Shown piece by piece: positions 12,601-23,900 of a DNA stretch of 64,000 bases. The notes under the pieces are model-generated. The model worked only from the letters and a program-made list of their open reading frames with translations, had not been told where the DNA came from and did no database searches. Origin of the DNA: Setoptus koraiensis (Eukaryota > Animalia > Arthropoda). The stretch spans positions 9,238,001 through 9,302,000 of the forward strand of contig CM106585.1 in NCBI GenBank assembly GCA_048013815.1. The letters are read 5' to 3'. Made by a program: the position numbers and the translations under genes. Each line of letters starts with the position of its first letter. The first letter of the stretch is position 1.

Positions 12601-15600
12601 TTAGCGGCAGTTCATGAGGCCCCCATCTTAAAGATAGATCTTCAAAGGTTGAAAGTGTGAAAAAGTGCGAAAGAAAACGCACGTGAATAAGACAAATTTG
12701 CCATTGTGTGCGAAATTTCTCCTCCATTAGTGCCACGAGTTACGTAACATTCTTAACGCGCTTTTAATTCTTATTATCTATAGTGGGCGCGTCTGTTGAG
12801 CGTTATATCTCGCCGGCACGAGTGACAGAAAGCAAAGGTGCCCACTAGCCGAAACAGATAGCCGCTAGGAAGAAGTTAATCCGGCTGTCGCTCTAAAATG
12901 ATCTAGCTAGCCTGGCCAGCTAATCTGTTCAGAGGTCGCACCAATCTCAATTGCGCGTACTCTGGAGATTTCGAGAGGCTTATGTTAGCCTAGATGGTAT
13001 GAAAAGAAGGCCCAAAAATTTATCGGTTGACTCTGTGGAACTGGCAACGACAACGCAAATTCTTTTCTCTTTCTTGCGCTGGCCACTAATAAGAATTAAA
13101 CGGGAGCCAGAGGAACAATTTCAAAACTTATATATGATAAAGATATAAACAGAGAAAGAGGAAGGCGCGCACAGCGAAAACAGTTATATCTAGCAGTAAA
13201 ATATTATTGCAGATACTGTCTCACTTGAAATATCTCTTTCGCTTTCTTGATTCGCGTTCTACACGCACCATAAAAAATCACCCATTCAACAACTATATAT
13301 AAGAGCTACGTAATAATGTCCGTTCACATGGCTTAAGGCCCCATTCGAATGATATAAATATCCATGCATTGCACACCACACTAGATATGGGCCCACAAGG
13401 AAGCAAGCTACAACCTGTGTGTTCGATATGAGTTGCACACGCTATATCAGTGTTTTGCAGTTAGAAAACACTCGGAAAAAATAGAGAAATAGAAAATTTT
13501 GCTGCTCGATGAAAAGGTCTCGTTACGTGAGGTGACATCGATCAGTGGCGACGGATCTGATTCGATAAGACATGAGTGATGAGTCATCACTGGGGACGAC
13601 CGAATTCGGTAATTACCGCTCGGCAGTGAAGCGATTCAGCTGATTCTCATACTTTTCTGCTTACAAAATCTTGGTGTGACAGTGCGCAGTTCCCTTGGTA
13701 GTTGAAGCATTTCTCAGGCCATTTATTTTCGCCGTTTTCGCCAGATTTTCAGCTTTCAGAAAAATAGTTGAGATTGTCCAACTTCCACCGTGCCAATTTT
13801 TCAGAGACACCAGAGCCTTTGGCGAATTTATTCAAGAATTTTGGGCAAAATCGGATTCTTCCAGAATGTTCGATTTTCACTGGAATCTTCAAATACAGTG
13901 TGATGATGAGCACCGATTCGGTTGTCCCTATTCATCACATATTGAAAATCTAGTCGGCACGAGAGACGATAGAATGTGAGCAAAGGGAAATGCGCGTGAT
14001 TCGTGCATTCGTTGATTGCATAAATTATACCGTAAATTTATATTAAATTAGATTGCATTGAGTTGTAACAATCTCCGTGCCAATCCACTCATCATTATCT
14101 GATTTCGTAGAATACGTTGGTCCATTTTTTTGTCGGACTGACGAACTTCTCGTATAAGCGCCAGATGTCGGCAAGAGGAACTTATGATCATCATAGTTCG
14201 CTGTCATCTGTTAAATTTCTTTCCCTTCGTGAACTTTACCGTTCCTCATCTTTTGTTGCCTGCGTCCATTGTCCGTTTCTTGGAATCTATAATCCGGCCG
14301 ATCAATTCAGACACCAAAATACGCTTGCGCCCGCAAAAAAAAATATCCCCTGCCTAGTACACCATTAACTTCAAACTGACCGTGCCATATAACACTGGTG
14401 CAGCCCAATCTTCGTGACGGCGATCTGTTAGAGCAAGATTGGAAAAAAATGATCACAGGTTATACCTGTATAGCCATGGTGGCAAACGGGCAGCTCTGAC
14501 AACATCTGTCCATTCAATTTAATCAATGCTAAATCATGCAGGCCATGTGATTTTATCTCCGTCATATCCTATTTTTATTGTGTTCGTCAGCGATTGTTTG
14601 CATTGGATCACACACGCCAGCCCATTCTTTTGAAGATTTATTGAGCTCAGAACTGTGAGCCATCAAAACAATTTGCTTATGTATTGCTTATGATCCACCT
14701 AATTTCTATGAATCAAGTGTTTGTATATTCACTAACATGTGCGCCCACACAATTCTCTCTTGCTCGTGAGGGCTGAGGTTCGTACATTTAAAAGCGGCAA
14801 CTCTTACGATACAGATTTATCTGGTTCATATATCGTTGCCAATTCGATTTAGATCTATACCCTATACACAATAGAACGTAGCTCAACAGGATCGCCTTTT
14901 TTTTTGCTTCGTAAACTCCAGCCTCACAGTCATATCCGGCCAGGCCTGTTGGCTCTAGTTATCGATCAGCACTTGTTGCCAACTGTTCATCCATTAGGAT
15001 CGCCAGTAAAACAAACGTTGCAGCATACGAAAGTGTCTGCCGGAGCTTGTGAGCCATCTTTTCAAATCTCAAACCGGCGATTGACAATCAATTTTTCATT
15101 TTCCCGCTCTGTAGTGTCAAAAGGTAGCAGAAAAGTACTACTTCTCAAATTACCGGCAGAAATACAAGATATAATTGTCTCTTAATCCGCGTGGAGATTA
15201 TAAATCTTTGTTATATTTTGAAAAAATTTTCAAGGGGCAGAACGTCCACCTTGGACTGTCGTCGCTCAGGATTTCCCCTCACAAGTGTGGGATTATCACC
15301 GAAGAGATAGTTCTTCGAACTATCATTAATTAGTCCTTTGCTAACTGGGCAAAGTATCTATGAGAACGTCGAATGTATTTTACGATAGATGTATATTTAT
15401 TTTGTTTGCACAAACAGCAACAAATACACTGGCGGAAAGGATAGATTGTGCAGTGATCATGGCGCGTTTAGCCCCAGTTTCATCTGTGCACCTAACAAGT
15501 TGTATGCTGTAACATGATATCACAAATTGAGTGTGAATTATATATTACAATTCATGTCTAGATCTGTAGACGTCACTTCTAGACAGTACTATTGGTGACT

Positions 15601-15751
15601 GGATTTAAGAAACTTGAAAACTTCACTTTCAATTTAGTTTCTTCAGCGTTCCACTATAGTTGCTTGGCCTGTGTCAGACAACAGTTTATTAGCCATCTAC
15701 GATATTATCTGTTGCTATCACAAATAACCAGTGTGATCACGAAACAATACG

Positions 15752-16418
15752 ATGGGCCCAAGAAAAGGTGTTGCAATTCTTTTGCTGACAGCATTTTGTG
15801 TTGGCTCGCTGTTGACTTCGCAAGCCAAACCACTGAAAGCAAGTGTAAGTGTGATTGAAAATTTGCGTTAATCTGTGCATGATCCCCCAATGATGGCTCA
15901 TCTACAAGTTACATATTAATTAAAAAAACTATCAACATTATCTACGCACTCAAATGTAGAAGCGAACTATCTGCAACATCTATGGTGGTTGCGGTGAGGA
16001 CCCGCCGGAAACACTAAAACCTGATTCAGCAGAGTCTTACAGCGATGATCAAGATGATGTAAGTATAAATGAAAATTTGTCTCACTCATAGCTGCTCTAC
16101 AAGTTACCTCTTAATCAATCAAACAATCAAAATTTTCAACGCATGCGAATGTAGCCGGTCCTTTGCAACCAATGGGGCTGTAACAATGGTGAATATATAA
16201 CAGCACAACCTGCAGCCTACGGCGATGCAGATGACGGTGAAGATGAGTCCACATTAGCGAAACACGCCATGGACCACATTGAGAAACTTATACTGAAAAA
16301 TCCGTCAAATACTGGCTTCCTGGATATAGCCTATGGCGGTTTATCACAATGGGTATCGGGTGCAAAAGGTCCGACGGGCAAAGGAAAGTCTACGAAAAGT
16401 CGTAAACGTCATCATTGA
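15752..16418 (+). CDS. Unannotated 3-exon secreted peptide precursor (151 aa) with two CCAP/conoCAP-like Cys loops; exons 15752-15844, 15960-16058, 16155-16418
   Basis: Both introns are GTAAGT...AATGTAG, phase 0, 115 and 96 nt. The spliced frame is open: MGPRKGVAILLLTAFCVGSLLTSQA (signal-peptide-like) KPLKAS|KR-TICNIYGGCG-EDPPETLKPDSAESYSDDQDD|PVLCNQWGCN-NGEYITAQPAAYGDADDGEDESTLAKHAMDHIEKLILKNPSNTGFLDIAYGGLSQWVSGAKGPTGKGKSTKSRKRHH*. AATAAA lies at ~16675. Confidence 0.72.
15845..16250 (+). repeat. Tandem duplication of an intron+exon unit (~200-bp period) inside the peptide gene
   Basis: Intron 1 and intron 2 share GTAAGT..TGAAAATTTG and TCTACAAGTTAC..TTAAT..AAAC.ATCAA.ATT.TC.ACGCA..C.AATGTAG. 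The following exons share C-N-x(2-3)-G-C and an acidic Tyr motif. Confidence 0.85.
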
Positions 16419-17744
16419 TGATGCCTCAGCCGCATAAGCTGTCGATTGTTCGCCGTGGGCCCATATCAAACAGGTAATAATTGTAAGCCCACAGAGAAGA
16501 TTTTGTGTATATTTGCATCACTTTTGATACTGCAACAACAACCATCGACATACTTTCTCCCCCATACTATCGACAACAGCCTTGCAATTATCAATGTGGA
16601 CGGTCAATTCGTACAAAGTCGACGGTGACGCTGACCGTATGAGGTCTCACTGAAAAGAACTTGTCAAAAGCCCAGAATAAAAGCAACGATTGTTTATGCT
16701 CACATATCCATGTATGTCCACTATTACTTGCTAGAATGTCTCACGCGTAAGCTGTTTAGTAACGTTGTCAGGCGTGATTGTGTGCATCTGATAGAATTAC
16801 ATCACGGCTTCGCTTTTGCTCTGTGAGCAGCGGCCACTTCTTTCAATTATATCAATTCTGTCTGGCAAGTCCGATGTAGATACTAGAATTAGCTACCTGT
16901 CATTACATGTCGTACAAGCCGCAGTCTCAAATGTTTCTTGTTGACTGCGTGATCGATCCATCAAGCCTGCACAAATTGATTATAGCCTTGGCGAAATGCG
17001 ATTCACTTGCAAATTGTGGCAAACGATTATAACCGATCGACTAGTGTAAAATATATTTAAAAAATGGCTGTCTAGCGCACACTGCGACTCGTCGCAGATT
17101 TTGTTGTCGGCTGACGGAAAAAACACACCAGAAAAATGGTCTTTCCAAAATACTTCCCTTCTGAGCGGCTCACGTATGATAGAGGTGTTAAATTAACTCC
17201 AAGGCCAAGATTCATTTGATAAACTTGTTGACTTTGAAGTTCGAGTTGGTTCTCATGAACTGTCAATTTTTTGTTGTTGGATATGCTCGGTTTTCGTTGA
17301 CTGGGGCGAGCACTGTGCTTCATCTCCATTTCACAAGGAGCCAAGTCACCTCGTCTGTGAGGGGCTGCATTGGACAAGCTTCATTTTCGTCAATCATGAA
17401 AATCAAGAGCTGTAACTGGACATTTTTCGACCAGTACAAACTAGAGATGTTTGGCTGCCCATGATTATGCAACGATATTCAAATCTATTCTGGATCTAGA
17501 TGAATGTGATCTCACTATCGCGCATTGTGGATATCCATGAATATCTAGTGATGTGTTAGTTAGTGCGAGATTAAACTAACTAACGTTCGATCAAAAGGCA
17601 GCTTTTGCGTGAATTTTGTCTCTATGGGTTCTTATCCAGCCTGGATATGTATGGATATGGATCGGACGACCATCCGAATTGATTCACATTGGATACCCGA
17701 ACGCATCTCTAGTGTCAATCAAACTTTTCATACACTATCTGTAG

Positions 17745-17910
17745 AAGTGAACAATTGCACCGAAAAATTGTTCTCGCTTTATTCATACCGACAGCAACCA
17801 AACAAATTTATTTACTGGTGTCTTTCCAATTAAGCAAATCAATTGTCACAACAAAGTGTCCGACGATGATCATTATCAAGCTCAATGAAATATCATAAGA
17901 CTAACTCTAA
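17745..17910 (+). repeat. Interspersed repeat, copy 2 (homologous to ~3441-3610)
   Basis: Same colinear blocks as copy 1. Preceded by a GGATAT/GGATACCCG-rich segment ending in CATCTCTA (~17640-17710), which looks like a MITE end. Confidence 0.8.
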
Positions 17911-20900
17911 TAATTCGTCAAATTTTTCTTGCGCAATAGCAATAACGATCTATCGATACATCTAGTGTCATGTCGTCGAGTGTCATATAATATATAGCTT
18001 CGTAACAACAAACAATTGTGCCACTGCTAGCTAACCTAAACATGGCTGTTTCGCCCCAGAGCTTGATCTCTCTACCCGTTAGATCACCAGCAGCGTAAAA
18101 TTAATTAGATGCAACATGATCAACATAAATAACGAATTGTTGGCATGATTCATCTGTGTGTTGTTTGGTGCATTCGCTCCGAGAATAATAATAATAATAA
18201 TGGTAATTAATTGAAGTTTGTGTGGTCTCTTTATTCTGTTGTAGTTGTTGTTGTCGCTGTTAGCTGCAGGGCACAGAAGAGTGGTCAAAAGAAAAAACAT
18301 CCTCTCTACATACACACTCACAACATAAATTGCATTTACACTGACCCATTAACTGTTACTGTTATAAATCAAGTGCTTGGTTGGTTAGCTCACAAACACA
18401 AACCGAGCTAATGTTAGTTACCAACTATCGCCACTGGATCCCCAATACGGCTAATGACACTGTTCAACATACTGGCCCGTATTGGGGCCGAATGTTCACG
18501 CTGCGAGTTGTGCAAATCGATTAATCGAACAGTCAGCTGATTCAATATTCTAAGAAAATTCTTTGGCCATGATTTTTTTGTTTGAAATAAGCACGTAATC
18601 GCAGCCGTGCAATAGTTCAACGTGTAGATTGGGATTTTCCTAGTCCAGCTTGCTGAAAATAATATCCAATTATTAAATGGGCGGATAATATTTTGAGAAA
18701 ATGATTGAATTTTATCAGTGGGCAGATGTTGATTCCTTCTGTTCCGAGACGCTGCAGAAACATTAACTTGACATCATGATAAAGCACGATGGCAAATTGG
18801 TGCCTTGCATCTGGATAGCGCTTCGATGTGAGAAGCCTCAAAAACAAGAGCAAAAAAAACATATATCGAGTCTTGCATCTAGAGATTGTATGTAACGGTT
18901 ACATTGTAGATGCAGAAGGATAAAATCGTATCAACTGCAAGCGTTTGATGCCCACAGATAGAAAAAATCTCATTTAAAACACTGGTAGACAGTTTATCAC
19001 AGATCAGCTAACAATCGTAACGTCGTAGAAACATGAAATGAAATATATAATGAAAAAAATATCGCTCACGCGCGTTCTTGAAATCTTAGCATCTCTAATT
19101 GTTTGATCTTTCGCATTGCTGATTGAGCGATTGAGTTAGCGAATGCATGTGCTATATTCAGCTAAAACGACTTACTGTTACATAACAATTGTCGCATTGA
19201 ATCTCTCTGTAAGCTTTGTGTAAGCTGAGAGTGAGAGAGGGAATAAACGTAGCTGATCAGTTGCCCCAATAGACTTCCTGTTGTGATTTGACGCCACAAT
19301 GAGGCGTTGATCTTGTTTGCAGTTTGTTTTATCTAGACTGTTGAGACAAGTAACGACAACTGGTGAGACAGTTGTTGTTTCTTTTAAAGGGGGGAGCGAG
19401 CTTGATGGCAAGAGTGAGACAGCGAGCACCCGAGGGGTCCGGAACAGTCGCGGATATTCAAACTCATGTGGTGGAGGGCTCGCATTCAAGTGAATTGTTG
19501 TAAGTGGAGCAAGCTTAAGAGCAAGTGACAAGTGACAAGCATCTAGAGGGAGGGAGCGAGCGAGAGAGGGAGAAACAAGTGACAAGTGGCAAGTCGCCAT
19601 TGAGATTGGGGCCCAGAATGTAGTATGCAAAATACTTGTGGACCAACAATGGTGCTAGATACGCAAAGAGGATTAGGAAGTGGCGTTGAGAGATGATGAA
19701 ATCAGAGGTGTGGGCGCGATGGTGCCATAGAAAGAGGCAAAAAGAAAAAGAATGGACTGGCAAAGAATGCGCAAGAGGCTCGCTTGTTTGGTGGCCCACA
19801 TACAGATACATTTACTGTATGTGTCTGTATGTAGAAACTTGTTTTCTAGTTGAGCCAGTGGCCGCCGTGTGCCCGTCGTGACAAGCTGGCCAAGTAATGG
19901 TTTATTAGCCGTCGCTTGGCGAGACAGCCTGAGCCACTGGGCGACGACAACAACAACAACCCGATATTATTAATATCGATAATAATAATAACAGCAGCAA
20001 TAATAATGGTAATAATAGTGTTTTCTGGTGGGCCCGACTGGATGCTTCTCTGACAGTTCGGGGGTCCCCTCCAGGCCGAGCTCGTTTAGTTGGCCGCTTG
20101 CAGCCTGTTTGCGCACAACACAATAGATCATGACACTTATCAGTGATGTTGGGCCCCACTAGCTGACTTGACAGCTACAACTGTTAGTGTCTGCATAGAG
20201 AGATACAATTTGGCTAGACACACAATGTTGTTGGCGAATTTATGATAATTTATACCTTATGCACACACGGCATTGGCAACTTGTCTAGTTTGTGTCGCTC
20301 CACGATGACAATCGACAATCGACATCGATGAGCGAGGGCATTTGTAGCCCTGGCAATTGTGTCATGGCTGCACCCAAACACAACATTGTCGGCCTTGTTT
20401 CGCGTTCATTATTAGTCATTATTATTTGCACAATCATTATTATTTGTCCAACACATGACACTACATGCAATAATGTGGTTACGTAACAACAATTATTTCG
20501 ATTGTCTGGCCACCGCCGACAATCAATGGAATTCGAAGCAATCAATGGAACAATTTTAATTGTCATTGCGTAACACAACTAGCGCCAGACGAGCGAACAA
20601 ACACAGTACAGGTATATCAGGTTGCATCATCAGATCAGATCAGATCAGATACCTGTACGTTACGCAATATCGGGCACGCATCCGGCATCTGTGAGTTGTC
20701 AGTTGACATTGTGTGTCCAGCCAGAACTCGGTCATCGGCCGCGGCCATGGGTAATGGCTAATTTCGGACTCAGTCTGATTGACCCATTAGCGAGGAGAAA
20801 ATACGCGCCAAAATACGTGCAAATGCGTAGATAGTGGGGGCATTATATTATATTATATATATTATATAATATTATGCCGGCATTGTGGTGGTTATATCAT

Positions 20901-23900
20901 TATATAACAAGTCTCACAAAACAAGTCGCTTGCATGCGTTGTGTGTCTGCGGCTGTTTGTTTGTGGACGTAGGTGCAGAAATCAAATTTAAATAGTCATG
21001 AAGTGCACCGCCAGTCGATGGCAAACCACGCTGGTTAATTTGGTTAAGCGATCAGCCAAGCAGAAAGAACAGCCAGCCGTCTATTTGCCGGCCAGTGTGT
21101 GCAGCGCTGTCTGGCGAGTGATTCTTTTTCTTGCCGGCGCTCACTCAATATATATATATATGTCAAGTTATTCCATTACTGGCTCTACAATCGGACCGAA
21201 GAAAAGTAAAAGTGATGAGTTGAGGCGCGCCACCGCCAGCGTCACTGGTCGGCCGGTGCTCATTGAATTGGAATCGTTTCTGTTTGATTCTGTTTCCCTC
21301 TGTGGGGCCCCGTTCGGCTCCGTTCGGCCCCGCTCGGCCCCATTCAGCTGTGCAGGCGCAAACTCAATCGAGCGCCCATGTACGACTCGGTCAAAAGTGG
21401 CGCTGCAATCTTGTGATGGCACGCAGTGTGGGCCCCACAGGGCTCTCCACGCCCCCGCTCACTCGCTCATCTTACTAATACCCCGCTGATAGTTGTGTAA
21501 AAATAGCAAACTAGTTAGTTTACTGGTTAGCTATTTGCGCGGCAGCCATTTCTGGTATTTCTGGCAAGCTGGAAAACTGGAGAATTGCAGCCAGAAACAG
21601 AGCGAGAGAAGTGACTAGCATCCGACAATGGCGTACAATAGATAACAGCTGATACAACTTTATCCAGTGGCGGCCGCCAAGTATGAGGACTCTTCATGCA
21701 GCGGCTACATTTCTTTTTATTCTTATTTTTTTTTTCTTTTCTATAAATGTGTGCCATGCGTATTTATCGGAGCATCGCCGACTTGAGCATCATCATGGTG
21801 GCGCCCAAGTCTCAGCTCGGGCTCACCCATAACCACTGGCTAAGCTCTCGAACGTACGCCAGCGAGGCCTATTAAAGAATCGTTGGTCTCCTTCTTTCTT
21901 TATGCACTTCTCTCGCTGGCTGCTTGCTGGGGCGCCCGGCTGGCTGCTGGTCGCAGTTTGGCCCGGCCGGGGCTCGGCTAGGCGTGTGCAAAGTGGCGCA
22001 AAAATGGCATAATTCAATGGTTCAATTTAAATAATCAAAACTAACACGAGCGCGTGCGCCCACACAGTAAATACCCGTGCCCCACACCACGAGTTTTATA
22101 AGTCCATGATTTAGGTATAATGTGCCTCGGACTGTGCCACTGAGCGAGAGAGAGAGAGTGAGCAAAATCAGCCCGTGCCCATTCAACGGGGGCCCATTGT
22201 GTCTTGGGCGGCATGTGAATTCTCAGGCACTAAGCCGGGTCTTAGCTGAGAAGCAGCAAGTTGAAAAGTTTTCCACTTTTGCCACTGTCAGTCTTGAGCT
22301 TGTTTTGTGTGCTGTCGTCTCGGTGGGCCCCACCGTATGCCCCCACCTAAGCACCAGTGGGCCCTTTCGCGAGCGTCGCTGCGAGCAGCTAGGGACAGTG
22401 TTAAATGCGCAAAAATTTCAGGGGTGCCATTTTCGCTTTTAGCTCTTCCGCTCTCCGCAACCATTATACTTATGTGCTATGCATTTTCAATGACCGATGA
22501 AAACTAAAACATTGAAATATTTGTAAAGCAAAACAAAATCGCGCCAAAACGCATGCGCATAACCTACCCATTCCGAACCCAAATCGCACGCCGTCCGGCT
22601 CAAACGATAGCTTGACTCTGGAATGGGGCCCCCTCCTCCCTTGTGAGTTGGGCCCCCGTCCCCCGTCCCTCAGACTCTGAGGCTCAGAGGGCCTAAGATG
22701 AAATTTTAGGCCGACTAGCATGGTCCGATGTTATAAAAATGTGGCGATAAACCAGCCAACGGTTCTTTGCCGGCCCCCGCAAATAAGACAAGAAACAGTT
22801 GTGTGAATAATGTTAATCGATACTCATCAACATAATCAACTCGTTCGTGTAGCCGCCACTCCGACCGATAACTGTTATCCTGACGCAACTGGGGCCAATG
22901 TCGGTGGGGCCCCAGATAAGTAACATGGCGACCTTAGGCGCGACTTAATGATCGCCTCGCCCTCGACAAGACGGAGTGATGGTGCTGATAGCGGCTCGAT
23001 GCCCACAGATTGCAGCTTACTGGGATTAGAGACAAGATGAGCTGAAACGAAATGAAATGAAACGAGATTGAATGAGACGGGATGAGACGAGATGCACGAG
23101 GCAAGAAAATATGGGCGCTGGCCGCCAGAAAACAAGAACGGCCGCATAATACCGTATAATTTAATTATATAGGAGAGAGGAGCTGCCAGACAAGCTCAAA
23201 CTGATAATGAGAGCAACTTTATCAAATTTTTGCCTCTTTGCTGCCCATATTGATGACTCGCCAGAGCATTGAAAATCAATCTGGATGTTTTTTCAAACTT
23301 GGCCCATACACACACTGGTGCCTATCTTTTCGCGGGCCCAACAGACAGTGTTTTTCGGGGAGCTCGATTAGTGAGTCTGTACACGTTGCGAACGTTGCTT
23401 TTTTGCGCTTCTTTCGTCTCGCAAAACAACAACAATTCTTTCTCGCTTATCTCATTCACTGCGTTATGTAATAATGAAGAGCACATTGACTACATTGTAC
23501 ATGCACAGTGCGATACATCAGACAGTTAACTGGAGATGATTTTAACTAACGTTGCATAACAGTTGCAGTGAGCACGAAAATGAGAGATGGACTGTTTGCC
23601 AATCATCTCTATTTATTTGTATCTTGCATACGTTGCTGCTGCTGCTGCCGGTGCTGCCTATCTCAAGGACTCGTCATTACATAAGCGCTGGCATACGTGC
23701 ATATAATGCATATACCGTTACATGAATTGTATTGTCTACGACGGTACAATGGAGCGGTTTGTTTCTAAACAATAAATGACTGTCAAATGCAGTCTACGTG
23801 ACGTGTTATGACGCCTAGGGCATGGCGCTAGCAGCAAACAAACAACGAGGCAAACAATTGTGTTCGAAGCAAACAAGCGATAGATAGATTTTATTTGGGC

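Noticed and set aside
14440-14490. Minus-strand CHHGYTGITC resembling an EGF-repeat end
   Set aside because: It lacks the preceding C-x-C and upstream cysteines, and the frame closes within a few codons.
15592-15858. 88-aa ORF-track entry
   Set aside because: It overlaps the signal-peptide exon of the spliced peptide gene in another frame, has a non-ATG start and no recognisable domain.
18211-18411. ORF with a signal-peptide-like start (KFVWSLYSVVVVVVAVSCRA)
   Set aside because: It starts at TTG with no in-frame ATG, and the hydrophobic run comes from a GTT microsatellite.
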